The notes: generated from the sequence alone by a model not told the origin. Shown: positions 37,974-49,768, numbered from the stretch's first letter. The stretch: 64,000 nucleotides of DNA from an uncultured Alphaproteobacteria bacterium (GCA_965371465.1 CBDUYM010000019.1:67-64066), one strand, 5' to 3'. Program-made: numbers and translations.

Positions 37974-39196
37974 CCGGGAAGAAAGACGCCGACCAGCAAG
38001 AATCCAACGCAAAGGACTGCGCCGGCGACCGGAACGATCAGCGGTACCACCAGAACACCCTCGCCGGCCGCTTCACCTTTCAGTTTGAGCCGGATCAGCG
38101 CAAGATTTACGAGCGCAAATACCACAAGTGTAATGCGCGACGTCATCTCGGCAAGGCCTGCCAGAGAAAAAGTCATGGCAAGAACCAGAATGATGGCTGT
38201 GGTGATCACCGTGGCCATCAACGGTGTCCGGGTCCTCGCGTTGACGCGGCCGAACCATGCTGGAATTGAGCCCTGCCGAGCAAGCCCATAGATCACACGG
38301 GCTGCCATCAGTATCTGGATGATCGCGCCGTTCATTGTTGCAATAATGCCGATCATGCTTATGACAAGCGGTGACGGCCCGGCGACAAAGCCAGAAACAT
38401 AAGCGAGCGGCGCTTCTGAAGCAGCAAGGCCCTCGATCGGTGTCGCGAGAACGGCAACAGCGGCGACAAAAAAGTAGAGGACAGTCGTGATCGCCAGGGT
38501 AAAGAAGATTGCACGTGGCATTGTCCTTTTGGGATCTTTCACTTCCTCGGCCACGTTCACCATATCTTCAAATCCAATGAAGGCGAAGAACGCCAGAAGG
38601 CCAGCCCCCATGACACCGGTCCACACCTGAATATCAAATAGAGGCGGTATGACTTCGCTCATTCTCAGGAAAAGGGCGGGATCGGCAATGAAAGCACCGC
38701 CCACGATCATGAGGAGCCCGACAGCTTCGATAATCGTGAAGATGGCGGCAATAGTCAGGGATTGGACGATGCCCCATGCCGCAACAGCACCCAGGGCACA
38801 GACAATCACAGGAATGAGCACCAGAGGTGGGACGTCGATGAATTCGCGAATGTAACCAGCGGTGCCCTGGGAAATCACTGAACTTGAAACCACGCCGGCC
38901 AAAATCACCATTAGGCCGGTCAAGACAGATAAGCTGCGTGAATTAAATCCAGCGCGCACATAGGCTGCCTCACCGGCACTGACGGGAAAGCGACCGCTTA
39001 GCTCCGAAAATGAAGCGGCCGTGACCGCCATGACAAAAGCCGCAATGACAAAAGCGGCAGGAGCGTATATGCCCGCCCGCGCAGCCGTCGCACCAATCAG
39101 AACGTAGATACCTGCGCCAATCGTTGTGCCAAGACCATAGAAGATCAGCAGCGGCAAGCTTATGCTGCGGTTGAGGCTGACCTCAGGTTCATCCAT
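37970..39196 (-). CDS. APC-superfamily amino-acid permease
   Basis: 12-TM profile. LLIFYGLGTTIGAGIYVLIG motif. Confidence 0.75.
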   Translation of the reverse strand: MDEPEVSLNRSISLPLLIFYGLGTTIGAGIYVLIGATAARAGIYAPAAFVIAAFVMAVTAASFSELSGRFPVSAGEAAYVRAGFNSRSLSVLTGLMVILAGVVSSSVISQGTAGYIREFIDVPPLVLIPVIVCALGAVAAWGIVQSLTIAAIFTIIEAVGLLMIVGGAFIADPALFLRMSEVIPPLFDIQVWTGVMGAGLLAFFAFIGFEDMVNVAEEVKDPKRTMPRAIFFTLAITTVLYFFVAAVAVLATPIEGLAASEAPLAYVSGFVAGPSPLVISMIGIIATMNGAIIQILMAARVIYGLARQGSIPAWFGRVNARTRTPLMATVITTAIILVLAMTFSLAGLAEMTSRITLVVFALVNLALIRLKLKGEAAGEGVLVVPLIVPVAGAVLCVGFLLVGVFLPG

Positions 39197-39245
39197 GGCT
39201 GGTCCCGATTGCGCTCAGACTAGCGAGTTTGTGTTGCGAAACTGA

Positions 39246-40916
39246 TTAATCCACTTTGAACTCTGATCCTGCCGCACCGATGCCGGTTTCAGAACGCACA
39301 AATTGCCGCAGGAAGTTCTTCGCCTCGTCTTTGGCCTGATCGGAGCGGTCAATGAAAGAGAAAAACCAGATGCCTGCGAACGCCACACTCATTGAGAACA
39401 GAGCTGGATATTCATAGGGGAAGACAGGCTCTGCATTGCCAAGAATGCCAACCCAGATTGTCGGTCCCAGGATCATCAAGAGCACGGCAGTGCCGAGGCC
39501 AAGGAACCCGCCGATCACTGCCCCACGGGTCGTCAATCGATGCCAGTACATGCTGAGGAAGAGGACGGGGAAAATGGAGCTTGCTGCGATGGCAAATGCA
39601 AGCCCGACCATGAAGGCGATATTCTGATTTTCGAACAGGATGCCAAGCATGATGGCAAGAACGCCAAGGACGACCGTGGCGATCCTTGAAACCCTGAGCT
39701 CGTCTTTTTCGTCGGCATCGCCTGGCTTGAAGACATTTGCATAGAGGTCATGTGACACTGCCGATGCGCCTGACAGGGTAAGGCCGGCGACCACGGCGAG
39801 AATGGTGGCAAAGGCCACAGCCGAAATGAACCCGAGGAACACATCGCCGCCCACGGCCTTCGCCAAATGGACGGCTGCCATGTTGTTGCCACCAATCAGG
39901 CCACCCTCACCCGTCAGGAATTCCGGATTGCCGCCGACGAGAACAATCGCACCAAAGCCGATGACAAAGGTCAGAATGTAGAAATAGCCGATGAAACCCG
40001 TCGCGTAGAAGATGGACTTACGGGCTTCCCTGGCATCTGCCACGGTGAAGAACCGCATGAGAATGTGTGGCAATCCAGCGGTGCCAAACATCAGCGCCAG
40101 ACCAAGTGAGATGGCGGAGACAGGATCAGCCACAAGGCCGCCCGGTTCCATAATGCCCTGATGGCTGTCATGCATGGCAACGGCAGTTGCAAACAGGTTC
40201 TCGAAATTGAAATCGAAGATAACCAGCACAGCAACGGCCATGAATGTCGCGCCGGACAGAAGCAGGACGGCTTTGACGATCTGCACCCATGTGGTCGCGA
40301 TCATGCCGCCAAAAAGCACATAGAGGGTCATGAGAATGCCGACAAGAACCACAGCAAAGCTATAGTCGAGGCCAAAAAGAACCTGGATAAGCGTACCTGC
40401 TCCAACCATCTGGGCAATCAGGTAGAGAAGGACGACGGTGAGCGATCCGCAGGCCGAAAGCAAACGGACGGGTGCATTCTGTAGCCGATAGGTCACCACA
40501 TCGGCAAAGGTATAGCGGCCAAGATTCCTCAGGCGTTCAGCCATCAAAAACAGGATGAAGGGCCAACCCACGAGAAAACCGATTGAATAGATCAGCCCGT
40601 CAAACCCCGATCCATAGACGAGCGCTGAAATGCCGAGGAATGACGCCGCGGACATATAGTCACCCGAGATCGCCAGGCCATTCTGAAGACCCGTAATGCT
40701 GTGGCCAGCGACGTAAAAGTCCTCAGCTGATTTCGTGCGTTTTGATGCCCAGTAGGTAATGATAAGGGTTACTGAGACAAACAGCATGAACATAATGATG
40801 GCCGTGATATTAACTGGCTGCTGTTCAACAGCGGCTGCAAGCCCTTCCTGCGCTGAGGCGTCCGCGACAAGACCAAGGCATGCGAAAAGACCAAGCAAAG
40901 ACACTTTGTGGATCAT
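39246..40916 (-). CDS. actP: sodium:solute symporter, cation/acetate symporter ActP-like
   Basis: SSS-family motifs ([46 protein letters not shown]). Immediately downstream of a DUF485 gene, as in yjcH-actP. Confidence 0.75.
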   Translation of the reverse strand: MIHKVSLLGLFACLGLVADASAQEGLAAAVEQQPVNITAIIMFMLFVSVTLIITYWASKRTKSAEDFYVAGHSITGLQNGLAISGDYMSAASFLGISALVYGSGFDGLIYSIGFLVGWPFILFLMAERLRNLGRYTFADVVTYRLQNAPVRLLSACGSLTVVLLYLIAQMVGAGTLIQVLFGLDYSFAVVLVGILMTLYVLFGGMIATTWVQIVKAVLLLSGATFMAVAVLVIFDFNFENLFATAVAMHDSHQGIMEPGGLVADPVSAISLGLALMFGTAGLPHILMRFFTVADAREARKSIFYATGFIGYFYILTFVIGFGAIVLVGGNPEFLTGEGGLIGGNNMAAVHLAKAVGGDVFLGFISAVAFATILAVVAGLTLSGASAVSHDLYANVFKPGDADEKDELRVSRIATVVLGVLAIMLGILFENQNIAFMVGLAFAIAASSIFPVLFLSMYWHRLTTRGAVIGGFLGLGTAVLLMILGPTIWVGILGNAEPVFPYEYPALFSMSVAFAGIWFFSFIDRSDQAKDEAKNFLRQFVRSETGIGAAGSEFKVD

Positions 40917-40918
40917 AT

Positions 40919-41230
40919 TCAGTCTTCCAGCTCGCTGAGGATTTCTTCGGTCATGGGATCGAATATCCGGTTTGCCCGGAAGACATAGAAGCCTGTGATC
41001 GCAATAGCGAAAACAATAATGGCCAGCCCAACAGGGATGCCCCATGTGATGACGCTATCTTCGGTGATGCGCCTGCTGAGAATTTCCGGCCAGAATCCGA
41101 GAACAACAATAAAGGGATAGTAGACAAACAGCATTGCTATGGAGAGCGTCCAGCCAAGCCGGCTTCTTCTGCGCGACAATTCCCTGAAAGTCGGACTTTC
41201 GTTTATTTTTTCAGCGACATGCTGCTCCAT
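40919..41230 (-). CDS. DUF485 (YjcH-like) small inner-membrane protein
   Basis: About 100 aa with two TM segments. Ends 2 nt before the actP start. Confidence 0.65.
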   Translation of the reverse strand: MEQHVAEKINESPTFRELSRRRSRLGWTLSIAMLFVYYPFIVVLGFWPEILSRRITEDSVITWGIPVGLAIIVFAIAITGFYVFRANRIFDPMTEEILSELED

Positions 41231-41376
41231 ACTGGTTCCCCCCGATGGGTGCTGGTGTTCCTGAGCAAACTGACTTTAGCCAGTCGTATCGGATTTCACA
41301 AACGGCATTGGTGAAGGCTGCGTCTGCCTCTGCTGAGGTGCTACTGTGGTGGCGACGGACAAAGGGTCGGCGAAAC

Positions 41377-42615
41377 ATGGAAATTCTAACGCAGGTTCTG
41401 TTGCTTCTCCTGGTCGCAAAAATTGCTGGCTGGCTTGCGCAACGGGTCGGCCAACCGGCCATGGTCGGCGAAATTCTTGGTGGAATGGTACTTGCCCTGA
41501 TAATCGCCCTGTCGGCATGGCAGATCCCGATTGTAAGCGATTTGCCTAACTCCCAGGTCGCCGAATATGGCATGCAGATCGGCATATTTTCGCTGGTTCT
41601 CTCGGCAGGAATCGACATTGAACCCGCTGAGATAAGAAAGCGCTCCGGCCCTTCTTTCTTCGTTGCCATCGGTGGTCTCCTGCTGCCCCTCGCCCTGGGG
41701 GCGGGCCTAGCATGGATTGTCATTCCAGATGGGCAACTGAAAATGGCTCAAGCCTTACTCGTTGGAATAACACTGTCGATTACAGCGGTGCCTGCCACCG
41801 TTGCCATGCTCACCGAGTTGAACCTGACCCACAAGACAACCGGAGAGACAATCCTTGCGGCAGCTATATTTGACGACGTCATTGGCTTGTTCCTGTTGGC
41901 GATCCTGCTTGCTGTCATGGAGGCGGGTCACGTTCCTTCTCTGATCGATTTCGCATTGCTGGTTCTGAAAGTAGCCGCCTTTTTTGGCGTTACGATCGGA
42001 CTTGGCGTCAGAGTTTATCCGGCAGTTCAAAAGCGCATGCGCGCACTTGATCTCGCGGCAGTCGAATTCAGCGCCCTCGTTCTTGTAGCGCTCTTCTATG
42101 CCGTGCTTGCGGAACTGCTGGGTATGCACTGGATGATGGGCGTTTTCATGGCCGGTCTCTTTTTCGAGCCGCATCGCGTCGGTGAACTGGCGCACAGCGA
42201 AATGAAGATCATTGCGAGCGGCATTTCAGCAGGTGTCTTTGGGCCAATATTCTTCACAGTTATTGGCCTATGGGTGTCCTATGAAGTGATCCTGAATGCA
42301 CCATTTCTGGTGATCGGATTCATAACCGTCGCGATCCTTGGCAAGGTCATCGGTTGTGGCGTTCCCGCCAGACTCAGTGGATTGGATGGACGCGATTCGC
42401 TGATCGTTGGCTTCGGCATGTGCTCAAAAGGCGCGATTGAGCTTATTGTCCTCAGCATTGCCCGGGAAGGTGGCCTCTTCGTCGACGCTGGGCGGGATGG
42501 CACAGTCGTGTCCGAGCTTTATTCCGCTCTCGTAATGATGGCGATTGTGGTAACTCTGCTGACCCCGGTTCTGCTTAGACTCCCCCGAAATAAGGCTGCC
42601 CATGACGACGTATAG
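41377..42615 (+). CDS. cation:proton antiporter (CPA1/CPA2 family)
   Basis: MEILTQVLLLLLVAKIAGWLAQRVGQPAMVGEILGGMVLA typical KefB/NhaP-like N-terminus. 12-13 TM. Confidence 0.7.
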   Translation: MEILTQVLLLLLVAKIAGWLAQRVGQPAMVGEILGGMVLALIIALSAWQIPIVSDLPNSQVAEYGMQIGIFSLVLSAGIDIEPAEIRKRSGPSFFVAIGGLLLPLALGAGLAWIVIPDGQLKMAQALLVGITLSITAVPATVAMLTELNLTHKTTGETILAAAIFDDVIGLFLLAILLAVMEAGHVPSLIDFALLVLKVAAFFGVTIGLGVRVYPAVQKRMRALDLAAVEFSALVLVALFYAVLAELLGMHWMMGVFMAGLFFEPHRVGELAHSEMKIIASGISAGVFGPIFFTVIGLWVSYEVILNAPFLVIGFITVAILGKVIGCGVPARLSGLDGRDSLIVGFGMCSKGAIELIVLSIAREGGLFVDAGRDGTVVSELYSALVMMAIVVTLLTPVLLRLPRNKAAHDDV

Positions 42616-43120
42616 AATTCGCGACATCCGGACAGAGGACATCGATCATCTGATCAATGTTGTCGGCGCGGCATATGATCACAACAAGAATCCGGCCCGC
42701 TGGCCGGCAATGGAAGCTGGCGTTCGAATGGGAAAGAGGCTCTGTGTGGTGGCAGAGGAAGAGGGCCTGATTCTGGGAATTTGCTCCCTCATTTTTGAGT
42801 CAGACTATGGACCTTTTCGCGACGCAGATATTCCCGAAGTGAATGCCCTCGACGTGATACCGACGGCTCAGAACAGAGGCATTGCAACAGCTATTATTAC
42901 GCACCTGGAAGACCGGGCAAGAGAGCTTGGTTACAAAACCATCGGAATTGGCACCGGCCTGTTTGCTGATTATGGCCCGGCCCAGCGCCTCTACATCAAG
43001 ATGGGATATGTCCCGGACGGTAGAGGAATTACCTACGGCGTGGATCGGGTGGCGCCGGGTGCAATGATCCGGATTGATGATGACGCGACCCTGTGGATGA
43101 CGAAGGCACTTCCGGAATGA
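42602..43120 (+). CDS. GNAT-family N-acetyltransferase
   Basis: Acetyl-CoA-binding motif A region (VIPTAQNRGIATAIITHLEDRARELG). Confidence 0.65.
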   Translation: MTTYRIRDIRTEDIDHLINVVGAAYDHNKNPARWPAMEAGVRMGKRLCVVAEEEGLILGICSLIFESDYGPFRDADIPEVNALDVIPTAQNRGIATAIITHLEDRARELGYKTIGIGTGLFADYGPAQRLYIKMGYVPDGRGITYGVDRVAPGAMIRIDDDATLWMTKALPE

Positions 43121-43743
43121 GCGCTGTTCCCCTGCGTCTTGGTTTTCTGGCCTCCCACAATGGCAACAATATGCGGGCAATCGTCGAAGCGTGTGAGCTT
43201 GGTCTGACCCGCGCGACGCCCAGGCTGGTTATCTCCAACAATCGGGATTCGACTGCTCTCGCCTGGGCACGAGAACATCGGTTGATTGCCCTTCATATCA
43301 GTGGCAAGACGGCTGGGTCCGCTGCATCGGCTGACGTAGCTATTGCCTCAGCCCTCGCCGCTGCCGACGTGAACCTTGTTGTTCTGGCGGGTTATATGCG
43401 GCTACTGGGGCCTGAGACGCTGGCTCGATTCAGTGGCCACATCCTCAATGTCCACCCTGCACTTCTGCCTAAATTTGGCGGCAAAGGGATGTACGGCGAG
43501 CATGTCCACCGGGCGGTGCTCGCCAGCGGAGACAAGGTCAGTGGCGTCAGCATCCATATTGTGACGGCTAAATACGACGAAGGGCCACTTCTCGGGCAGG
43601 CGAAAGTCCCTGTGGAAACTGGTGATACCGTCGAAACTCTGGCCCGTCGTGTGCAGGCAAGGGAAATGACCTTCTTTCCGGAGATCATAGAAGCCATCGC
43701 AAAGGGCGAGATTGATCTCGACGCCGTGGCCGCAAGCTTGTAA
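43117..43743 (+). CDS. purN: phosphoribosylglycinamide formyltransferase (PurN-like)
   Basis: LGFLASHNGNNMRAI, HPALLPKFGG and SGVSIH formyltransferase motifs. ATGA overlap with the GNAT gene. Confidence 0.7.
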   Translation: MSAVPLRLGFLASHNGNNMRAIVEACELGLTRATPRLVISNNRDSTALAWAREHRLIALHISGKTAGSAASADVAIASALAAADVNLVVLAGYMRLLGPETLARFSGHILNVHPALLPKFGGKGMYGEHVHRAVLASGDKVSGVSIHIVTAKYDEGPLLGQAKVPVETGDTVETLARRVQAREMTFFPEIIEAIAKGEIDLDAVAASL

Positions 43744-43786
43744 AACGGCGGCCTAACGGGACAAAGAACATCAGGAGCTGTCCTCA

Positions 43787-44692
43787 ATGACTGTAGAAAT
43801 TCCCTTCAACAAAGAGCTGGAAGTCGAGTACGGCGTTGCCGATCAGGTTTCGCCCCTGATCCGGCGTGTGGTCGCCAAGAACCCGAGCGCGTTTACGTTC
43901 AAGGGAACCGGCACTTACATTCTGGGGCAAGGCGAAGTTGCAGTGGTCGATCCTGGACCCAACATGCCTGAACATGTCGAAGCCATTTTGAAAGCCGTCG
44001 CAGGCGAAAAAGTAACGCACATTCTGATCACCCATACCCATGCTGACCATTCTCCGGCTGCGGCGCCCCTCAAGGAAGCCACTGGCGCCACGACCTATGG
44101 CTATGGCAAGCACGGTGCGGGAAAATCTGAAGATGGGATACAGATCGAAGAAGGCGGCGACATGGATTTCACGCCCGATGTTGAAATTCGCGACGGCGAC
44201 ATTATCGAGGGAAGCAACTGGTCGGTGGAATGCGTCTACACGCCCGGCCACACGTCGAATCACATGGCCTACCAGCTGAGAGAAGAAAAAGCATTGCTGA
44301 CCGGCGATCATGTCATGGGCTGGGCAACATCTGTCATCGGTCCACCCGATGGCGATATGGCGCAGTATATGGATAGCCTGAGAAAGCTCTTAAGCCGTGA
44401 CGACAGTATCTACTGGCCCACACATGGCACGTTCATCGACAAGCCGAAGCCCTATGTCAAAGCCTTCATCGCCCACCGCGAAGACCGTGAAGATCAGATT
44501 CTCGATTGCCTGACCAATGGCCTGAGCACGATCAGGGAAATGGTCCCGGTGATGTACAAGGGATACCCCGAATTCATGTTTCCTGCTGCTGGACGATCTG
44601 TCTTCGCCCACATGATCCACATGGCCGAAACCGGTCGCGTCACATGTTCCGGCGAGATTTCAATCGACGCGAAATATGGCGTAGCAAGTTAG
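43787..44692 (+). CDS. MBL-fold metallo-hydrolase
   Basis: HILITHTHADH metal-binding motif. Confidence 0.7.
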   Translation: MTVEIPFNKELEVEYGVADQVSPLIRRVVAKNPSAFTFKGTGTYILGQGEVAVVDPGPNMPEHVEAILKAVAGEKVTHILITHTHADHSPAAAPLKEATGATTYGYGKHGAGKSEDGIQIEEGGDMDFTPDVEIRDGDIIEGSNWSVECVYTPGHTSNHMAYQLREEKALLTGDHVMGWATSVIGPPDGDMAQYMDSLRKLLSRDDSIYWPTHGTFIDKPKPYVKAFIAHREDREDQILDCLTNGLSTIREMVPVMYKGYPEFMFPAAGRSVFAHMIHMAETGRVTCSGEISIDAKYGVAS

Positions 44693-44700
44693 CTTGCAGC

Positions 44701-46350
44701 CTATTCCGCTGCCGTCGCTGTGGGCAGCACATAGTCCTTGAACTGGGCCCGCAGCGTCATTTTCTGAATTTTGCCGGTCGCCGTGTGGGGAATTTCGTCA
44801 ACGAAGACGACATCGTCTGGCAGCCACCATTTCGCGACCTTGCCAGTCATGAATTCGAGAACTTCTTCGCCTTTCAGGTTCTTGCCGGCCTTGCTGTCGG
44901 CACGGATCAGAATCAGTAATGGCCGCTCGTCCCACTTGGGGTGGTGAACACCAATAACCGCGGCTTCGGCAACCGCCGGGTGGCCGACGGCCAGGTTTTC
45001 AAGTTCGATCGTGCTGATCCACTCGCCACCGGTTTTGATGACATCCTTGTCCCGGTCCGTGATCTGCATGTAACCGTCCGGATTGATTGTCGAGATATCA
45101 CCAGTATCGAACCAGCCATCTTCATCAAGTATCTGTCCGCCCTCGGTTTTGAAATATTCTCTCACGACCCAACCACCGCGCACCTTGAGATGACCAAAGG
45201 CAACGCCGTCCTGTTGCAGCGGCTTGTTATCATCGTCGGTGATTCGCCATTCGATGCCGAACAGGCTTCGGCCCTGCTTCACTTTGACATCAAGCTGCTC
45301 CTCTTCGGACAGCTTCTGGGTCTTCGATTTCAGCTTGCCAAGACTGCCAAGGGGGCTTGTCTCTGTCATGCCCCATGCCTGCAGAACATCAACATCGTAC
45401 TTCCTCTTGAAGGTATCAATCATCGTACGCGGCACGGCAGAGCCGCCTATGACAACGCGTTCCAGCCGATCCAGCTTCTTGCCGCTGTCTTCCAGGTACT
45501 GGAGAAGGCCGAGCCAGACGGTTGGCACAGCGGCAGAAAAAGTAATCTCCTCGGTATCCAGAAGTTCCCAGACGCTTGGGCCATCCATCTGGCTGCCCGG
45601 GAATACAAGCTTGGCGCCGACCATAGCCGCGCAATAAGGCAGCCCCCAGGCGTTGGCATGAAACATTGGCACGATCGGCAGCACGTTGTCAGCCTCGCCC
45701 AGTGACAGCGCGTCCTTGGAATTGGCGGCATAGGTATGGATGATGTTGGAGCGGTGCGAATAGAGAACACCTTTTGGGTTCCCCGTGGTGCCCGAGGTAT
45801 AGCACAGGGAGCATGCTGTATTTTCATCAAACGTGGGCCAGGTGAAGTCGGCGTTTTCTGCTGCCACGAGATCTTCGAAACAGATGGCGTTCTTCAGCGA
45901 CGTCTCCGGCATGTTCGAATGATCGGTCATGATGACGTAGCCCTCAATCTTGGGCAGGTCGTCGGCAATACTTTCCAGAATTGGGATGAAGGTCGCATCA
46001 AGGAACAGGAAACGGTCTTCGGCGTGATTGAGAATATAGATGATCTGATCTTCAAACAGTCGCGGGTTTACCGTGTGGCAGACGCTGCCAATACCGGATG
46101 TCGCATACCAGACCTCAACATGGCGGAAGGAATTCCAGGCCATCGTGCCGACGCGGTCGCCATACTTGACGCCAAGCTTGAGAAGGGCATTTGCAAGCTG
46201 TTTTGATCGGAGCTGACAGTCCGCCCAGGTGTAGCGATGGATGGAACCATCCAGCATGCGCGTAACCATTTCCCGGTCGCCATGGGCCTCAGCGACATAG
46301 TCGATCAGGGATGAAACCAGTAAAGGGCGTTCCTGCATCAGGCCAAGCAT
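44701..46350 (-). CDS. AMP-dependent acyl-CoA synthetase/ligase (fatty-acid-CoA ligase)
   Basis: [15 protein letters not shown]-binding motif. About 550 aa. Confidence 0.8.
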   Translation of the reverse strand: MLGLMQERPLLVSSLIDYVAEAHGDREMVTRMLDGSIHRYTWADCQLRSKQLANALLKLGVKYGDRVGTMAWNSFRHVEVWYATSGIGSVCHTVNPRLFEDQIIYILNHAEDRFLFLDATFIPILESIADDLPKIEGYVIMTDHSNMPETSLKNAICFEDLVAAENADFTWPTFDENTACSLCYTSGTTGNPKGVLYSHRSNIIHTYAANSKDALSLGEADNVLPIVPMFHANAWGLPYCAAMVGAKLVFPGSQMDGPSVWELLDTEEITFSAAVPTVWLGLLQYLEDSGKKLDRLERVVIGGSAVPRTMIDTFKRKYDVDVLQAWGMTETSPLGSLGKLKSKTQKLSEEEQLDVKVKQGRSLFGIEWRITDDDNKPLQQDGVAFGHLKVRGGWVVREYFKTEGGQILDEDGWFDTGDISTINPDGYMQITDRDKDVIKTGGEWISTIELENLAVGHPAVAEAAVIGVHHPKWDERPLLILIRADSKAGKNLKGEEVLEFMTGKVAKWWLPDDVVFVDEIPHTATGKIQKMTLRAQFKDYVLPTATAAE

Positions 46351-46543
46351 CGGGTACCTCGTTTCCTTAAATCACTGCTGATGGTCAATTGTCATCACTT
46401 CCCCATAACATATTCGGGACCGGCCCTTACCATATTCGGGACCGGAAAGACGGGAAACTGCATTCTGAGCCTTGGTATGCTCACGAATTCTGAGTAATGT
46501 TTTGCCATCAAGCTTTTCCTGATGCGCTGGAAGGAGTGAAGAA

Positions 46544-47137
46544 ATGGTCGGTCGGGCTCTTGCTTTCATTGTCGCTGCCCTGTTGGCTGCCACCTTCAGT
46601 TCGGCTTCAGTTCAAGCCCAGTGGGCGCTGGACAATGAGGCCTCAAGAATTTCGTTCGTTTCGGTGAAGGCCGGCGATCTTGGCGAGGCACACTACTTCA
46701 AACGTATTTCGGGCGAAATCGATGGAGATGGCAAAGTTGCTCTGGAAATTGACATGGCCAGTGTCGAGACTCTCATTGATTTGCGCAATGAACGGATGAT
46801 CAACTTCCTGTTTGAAGTTGATCTCTATCCTGTTGCAAACATCTCCAGTCTGATTGACATGAGCGACTTTTCAGATATGGCAGATGGCGAGCAGAAGACC
46901 GTGCTGATTGATCTGGTCATTATGCTCCACAGCGTCAGTCAGCCGAGCGAGGCCGAAGTCGTTGTGACGCGTCTGGCGCCCGGTAAAGTCCTTGTAACCA
47001 GCCTGGACCCGGTCATTCTGGATGCAGCAGATTTTCTGTTCGCCGGTGGCCTTCAGAAACTACAGGAACTTGCGAGCCTCGACATGATCAGCATGGCGGT
47101 GCCCGTAACTTTCCAGCTCGTGTTTGTGCAGAAATAG
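46544..47137 (+). CDS. YceI-family periplasmic protein
   Basis: Signal peptide. WALDNEASRISFVSVK YceI-like motif. Confidence 0.6.
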   Translation: MVGRALAFIVAALLAATFSSASVQAQWALDNEASRISFVSVKAGDLGEAHYFKRISGEIDGDGKVALEIDMASVETLIDLRNERMINFLFEVDLYPVANISSLIDMSDFSDMADGEQKTVLIDLVIMLHSVSQPSEAEVVVTRLAPGKVLVTSLDPVILDAADFLFAGGLQKLQELASLDMISMAVPVTFQLVFVQK

Positions 47138-47159
47138 AAAAATTACAGGGAACCTCTTT

Positions 47160-48512
47160 ATGAGTGATGCACCTCTATCGAACGTGGCCGCGCGTGACGT
47201 GAATGCCGTGCTGCACCCTTTCACAAATCTGGCGGTTCATGAAAAGACCGGGCCGCTTGTGCTGGAGAGTGGCCGTGGCATCTATGTGACGGACTCAAGT
47301 GGCAAGGAATACATTGAGGGAATGTCTGGGCTCTGGTGCACGTCCCTTGGCTTTGGCAATGAAGAACTTGCAGAAGTGGCCGCCGAGCAGATGAGAAAGC
47401 TTCCCTACGCCCACATGTTTGCCGGAAGGAGTCACGATCCCGCGATTGAACTCTCGGAACGGCTCAAGGACCTAGTGCCGATGGATGCATCGAAGATTCT
47501 CTTTATGGGATCTGGGTCCGAGGCAAACGACGCACAAGTTAAGCTGATCTGGTATTACAACAATGCACTTGGCAGGCCCGAAAAGAAGAAGATTATCTCG
47601 CGCGACCGGGCCTATCATGGAACGACGATCATGTCGGGCAGTCTGACCGGCCTTCCTGCCACTCACAATGATTTCGACTTGCCTGTTAAGGGCATTCTGC
47701 ACACGGATTGTCCGGATTTCTATCGCCACGCTGAGCCTGGCGAAACGGAAGAAGAGTTTTCGGCGCGTCTCGCTGAGAGCCTGGATCAGATGATCCAGAA
47801 AGAAGGTCCCGATACGGTTGCCGCCTTTATCGCTGAGCCAGTGATGGGGGCTGGCGGCGTGATCATACCGCCGGCTGGTTATTTCCCGAAAATTCAGGAA
47901 GTGTTGAGGCGATACGATGTCCTGATGATTGATGATGAGGTCATTTGTGGGTTCGGTCGCACCGGCAAAATGTTCGGCGCTGAAACCTTGGATATGGAGC
48001 CGGACACAGTGTCGATGGCAAAGGGTCTGTCATCAGCCTATTTGCCAATCGGCGCCATCGCAGTGCCCGAATTCATGTATCAGGCTTTTGTCAGCGAGAG
48101 CGAAAAGCTAGGCACTTTTGGCCACGGCAGCACTTACGGCGGGCATCCGGTTTGCGCTGCAGTGGCGCTCAAGGTCCTCGACATAATTGAGGAGACCAAC
48201 CTGCTCGATCATATCGCGAGGGTGGCAAAGCAGTTCAAAAAACGAATTGACGGATTCAGCGACCATCCAATGGTTGGTGATACGCGTGCCGTGGGTCTTT
48301 TGGCGGCAGTGGAATTCAAAACTGCAGGCGCTGGCGTCTACCTTATGGAACGCGCACAGGAGCATGGCCTGATTCAGCGCGCCATGGGAGACATCGTTGC
48401 CTTCTGTCCGCCGCTCATTATCACAGAAGCCGAGGTCGATGAGCTCTTTGACAGATTTACACTGGCAATGGATGAAACAGAAGCCTGGGCGTCGAAAGAA
48501 GGGCTGATCTAG
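47160..48512 (+). CDS. class III (omega) aminotransferase
   Basis: ATG at 47160. MSGLWCTSLGFGNEE and DEVICGFGRTGKMFG PLP-lysine motif. Confidence 0.8.
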   Translation: MSDAPLSNVAARDVNAVLHPFTNLAVHEKTGPLVLESGRGIYVTDSSGKEYIEGMSGLWCTSLGFGNEELAEVAAEQMRKLPYAHMFAGRSHDPAIELSERLKDLVPMDASKILFMGSGSEANDAQVKLIWYYNNALGRPEKKKIISRDRAYHGTTIMSGSLTGLPATHNDFDLPVKGILHTDCPDFYRHAEPGETEEEFSARLAESLDQMIQKEGPDTVAAFIAEPVMGAGGVIIPPAGYFPKIQEVLRRYDVLMIDDEVICGFGRTGKMFGAETLDMEPDTVSMAKGLSSAYLPIGAIAVPEFMYQAFVSESEKLGTFGHGSTYGGHPVCAAVALKVLDIIEETNLLDHIARVAKQFKKRIDGFSDHPMVGDTRAVGLLAAVEFKTAGAGVYLMERAQEHGLIQRAMGDIVAFCPPLIITEAEVDELFDRFTLAMDETEAWASKEGLI

Positions 48513-48865
48513 CGGACGAAATCGACGCGGAAAGTCAATTCCTGTCCGTCGTGTTCCGTAACCGAAATGTATTCGCCTTCCTTGAAAGCGTGAGCGGCAA
48601 ATCGGAAGATGGCTTCATCATCTTCCTCACCTGGCTCATAGGAGAAAGCCCAATAGCCATGCCGCGTGTGATGCAGCTCTCCGGTCATGTCATCCTCGCC
48701 CTGCCAGAAGCGATGGACCGTGCAGTCTTTGCGGCTTTGCTTCCAGCCATCAAGATCAATATGTGCTTCAGCGTTGAGAGGCGCGTAGAACTCATAGCCG
48801 CGATCTGAGTTACCATTTGGAAAGTCAGCGCTTCGTGCCAGCGACATGCGAATGTGACGGAGCAT
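48509..48865 (-). CDS. hypothetical protein
   Basis: 118-aa ORF convergent with the aminotransferase (stop codons overlap). No family recognised. Confidence 0.3.
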   Translation of the reverse strand: MLRHIRMSLARSADFPNGNSDRGYEFYAPLNAEAHIDLDGWKQSRKDCTVHRFWQGEDDMTGELHHTRHGYWAFSYEPGEEDDEAIFRFAAHAFKEGEYISVTEHDGQELTFRVDFVR

Positions 48866-48889
48866 GGCTCGTTCTCCTCAGTCAGAAAA

Positions 48890-49768
48890 TCAATGCGCCA
48901 TGAATACTGGCACAGGGGACTCGTCCAGAACTGTTTGGGTTACGCCACCAAATACAAGCTGGCGGAAGCGGCTATGAGTGTAAGCGCCCATAACCAGAAA
49001 ATCGCTGTTCATTTCCTCGACTTTCTCAAGAAGCGCTTCACCCTGTGATGTAACGCCTAGTGGCGTAGCATGCGCGTCAGCACGGACACCATGCCAGGCG
49101 AGATAGTTGGTTACCGCTTCCAGGTCCACTTCTTCGACACCGTCGTTAATGATGCAAAGCACGTCAACAGTTTCGGCAAGTCTCAAAAGGGGCAAGGAAA
49201 ACGCCAATGCCCGGGCAGCCTCCGGGCTGCCGTTCCAGGCGATCAACGCATGGTCGCCCCATCGTCCGCCCCGAATTTCCGGCGGCACGACAAGCACTGG
49301 CTTGCCGGTTTCTAGGAGCACGGTTTCCAGGGCAATCGGAGGCAGCACATCCTCTTCCGGCTGTGGGCGAGGAACTACTGTCAGATCCGAAAGGCGACCG
49401 CGACGGGCAAGGTTTTCTGATTGGGCGCCAACGGTTCTTGCCGAGCTTGCAGTGGCTTTTTCAAGATCCCCGGTGATTTCATCACGGCCAACGACATCGA
49501 CGCTTTCGCTGGCGCATGTATCGTTGAAGACGCGCTTCGCCCGGTCAATACGTTCCTGGGCGTCCGCTTCTGCAGCTTCCAGCACACCCTGAATCATGGC
49601 GCTGGTCATGCCTTCGCCAAGATAGGTCAGGCTCTGCTTCGGATCGGCGCCCGCATGATGACCGTCAACATGGGCGTTTAATCCCTTGGCCAGCTCCAGA
49701 GCGACTTTGAGCGGGAGGCTCTTCTCGTCTACTCCATCGAGCGGTACAAGGATTCTTTTGACTGCCAT
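48890..49768 (-). CDS. tandem universal stress protein (UspA family)
   Basis: GGAGAG SD before the ATG at 49768. MAVKRILVPLDG...two USP-like halves. Confidence 0.7.
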   Translation of the reverse strand: MAVKRILVPLDGVDEKSLPLKVALELAKGLNAHVDGHHAGADPKQSLTYLGEGMTSAMIQGVLEAAEADAQERIDRAKRVFNDTCASESVDVVGRDEITGDLEKATASSARTVGAQSENLARRGRLSDLTVVPRPQPEEDVLPPIALETVLLETGKPVLVVPPEIRGGRWGDHALIAWNGSPEAARALAFSLPLLRLAETVDVLCIINDGVEEVDLEAVTNYLAWHGVRADAHATPLGVTSQGEALLEKVEEMNSDFLVMGAYTHSRFRQLVFGGVTQTVLDESPVPVFMAH

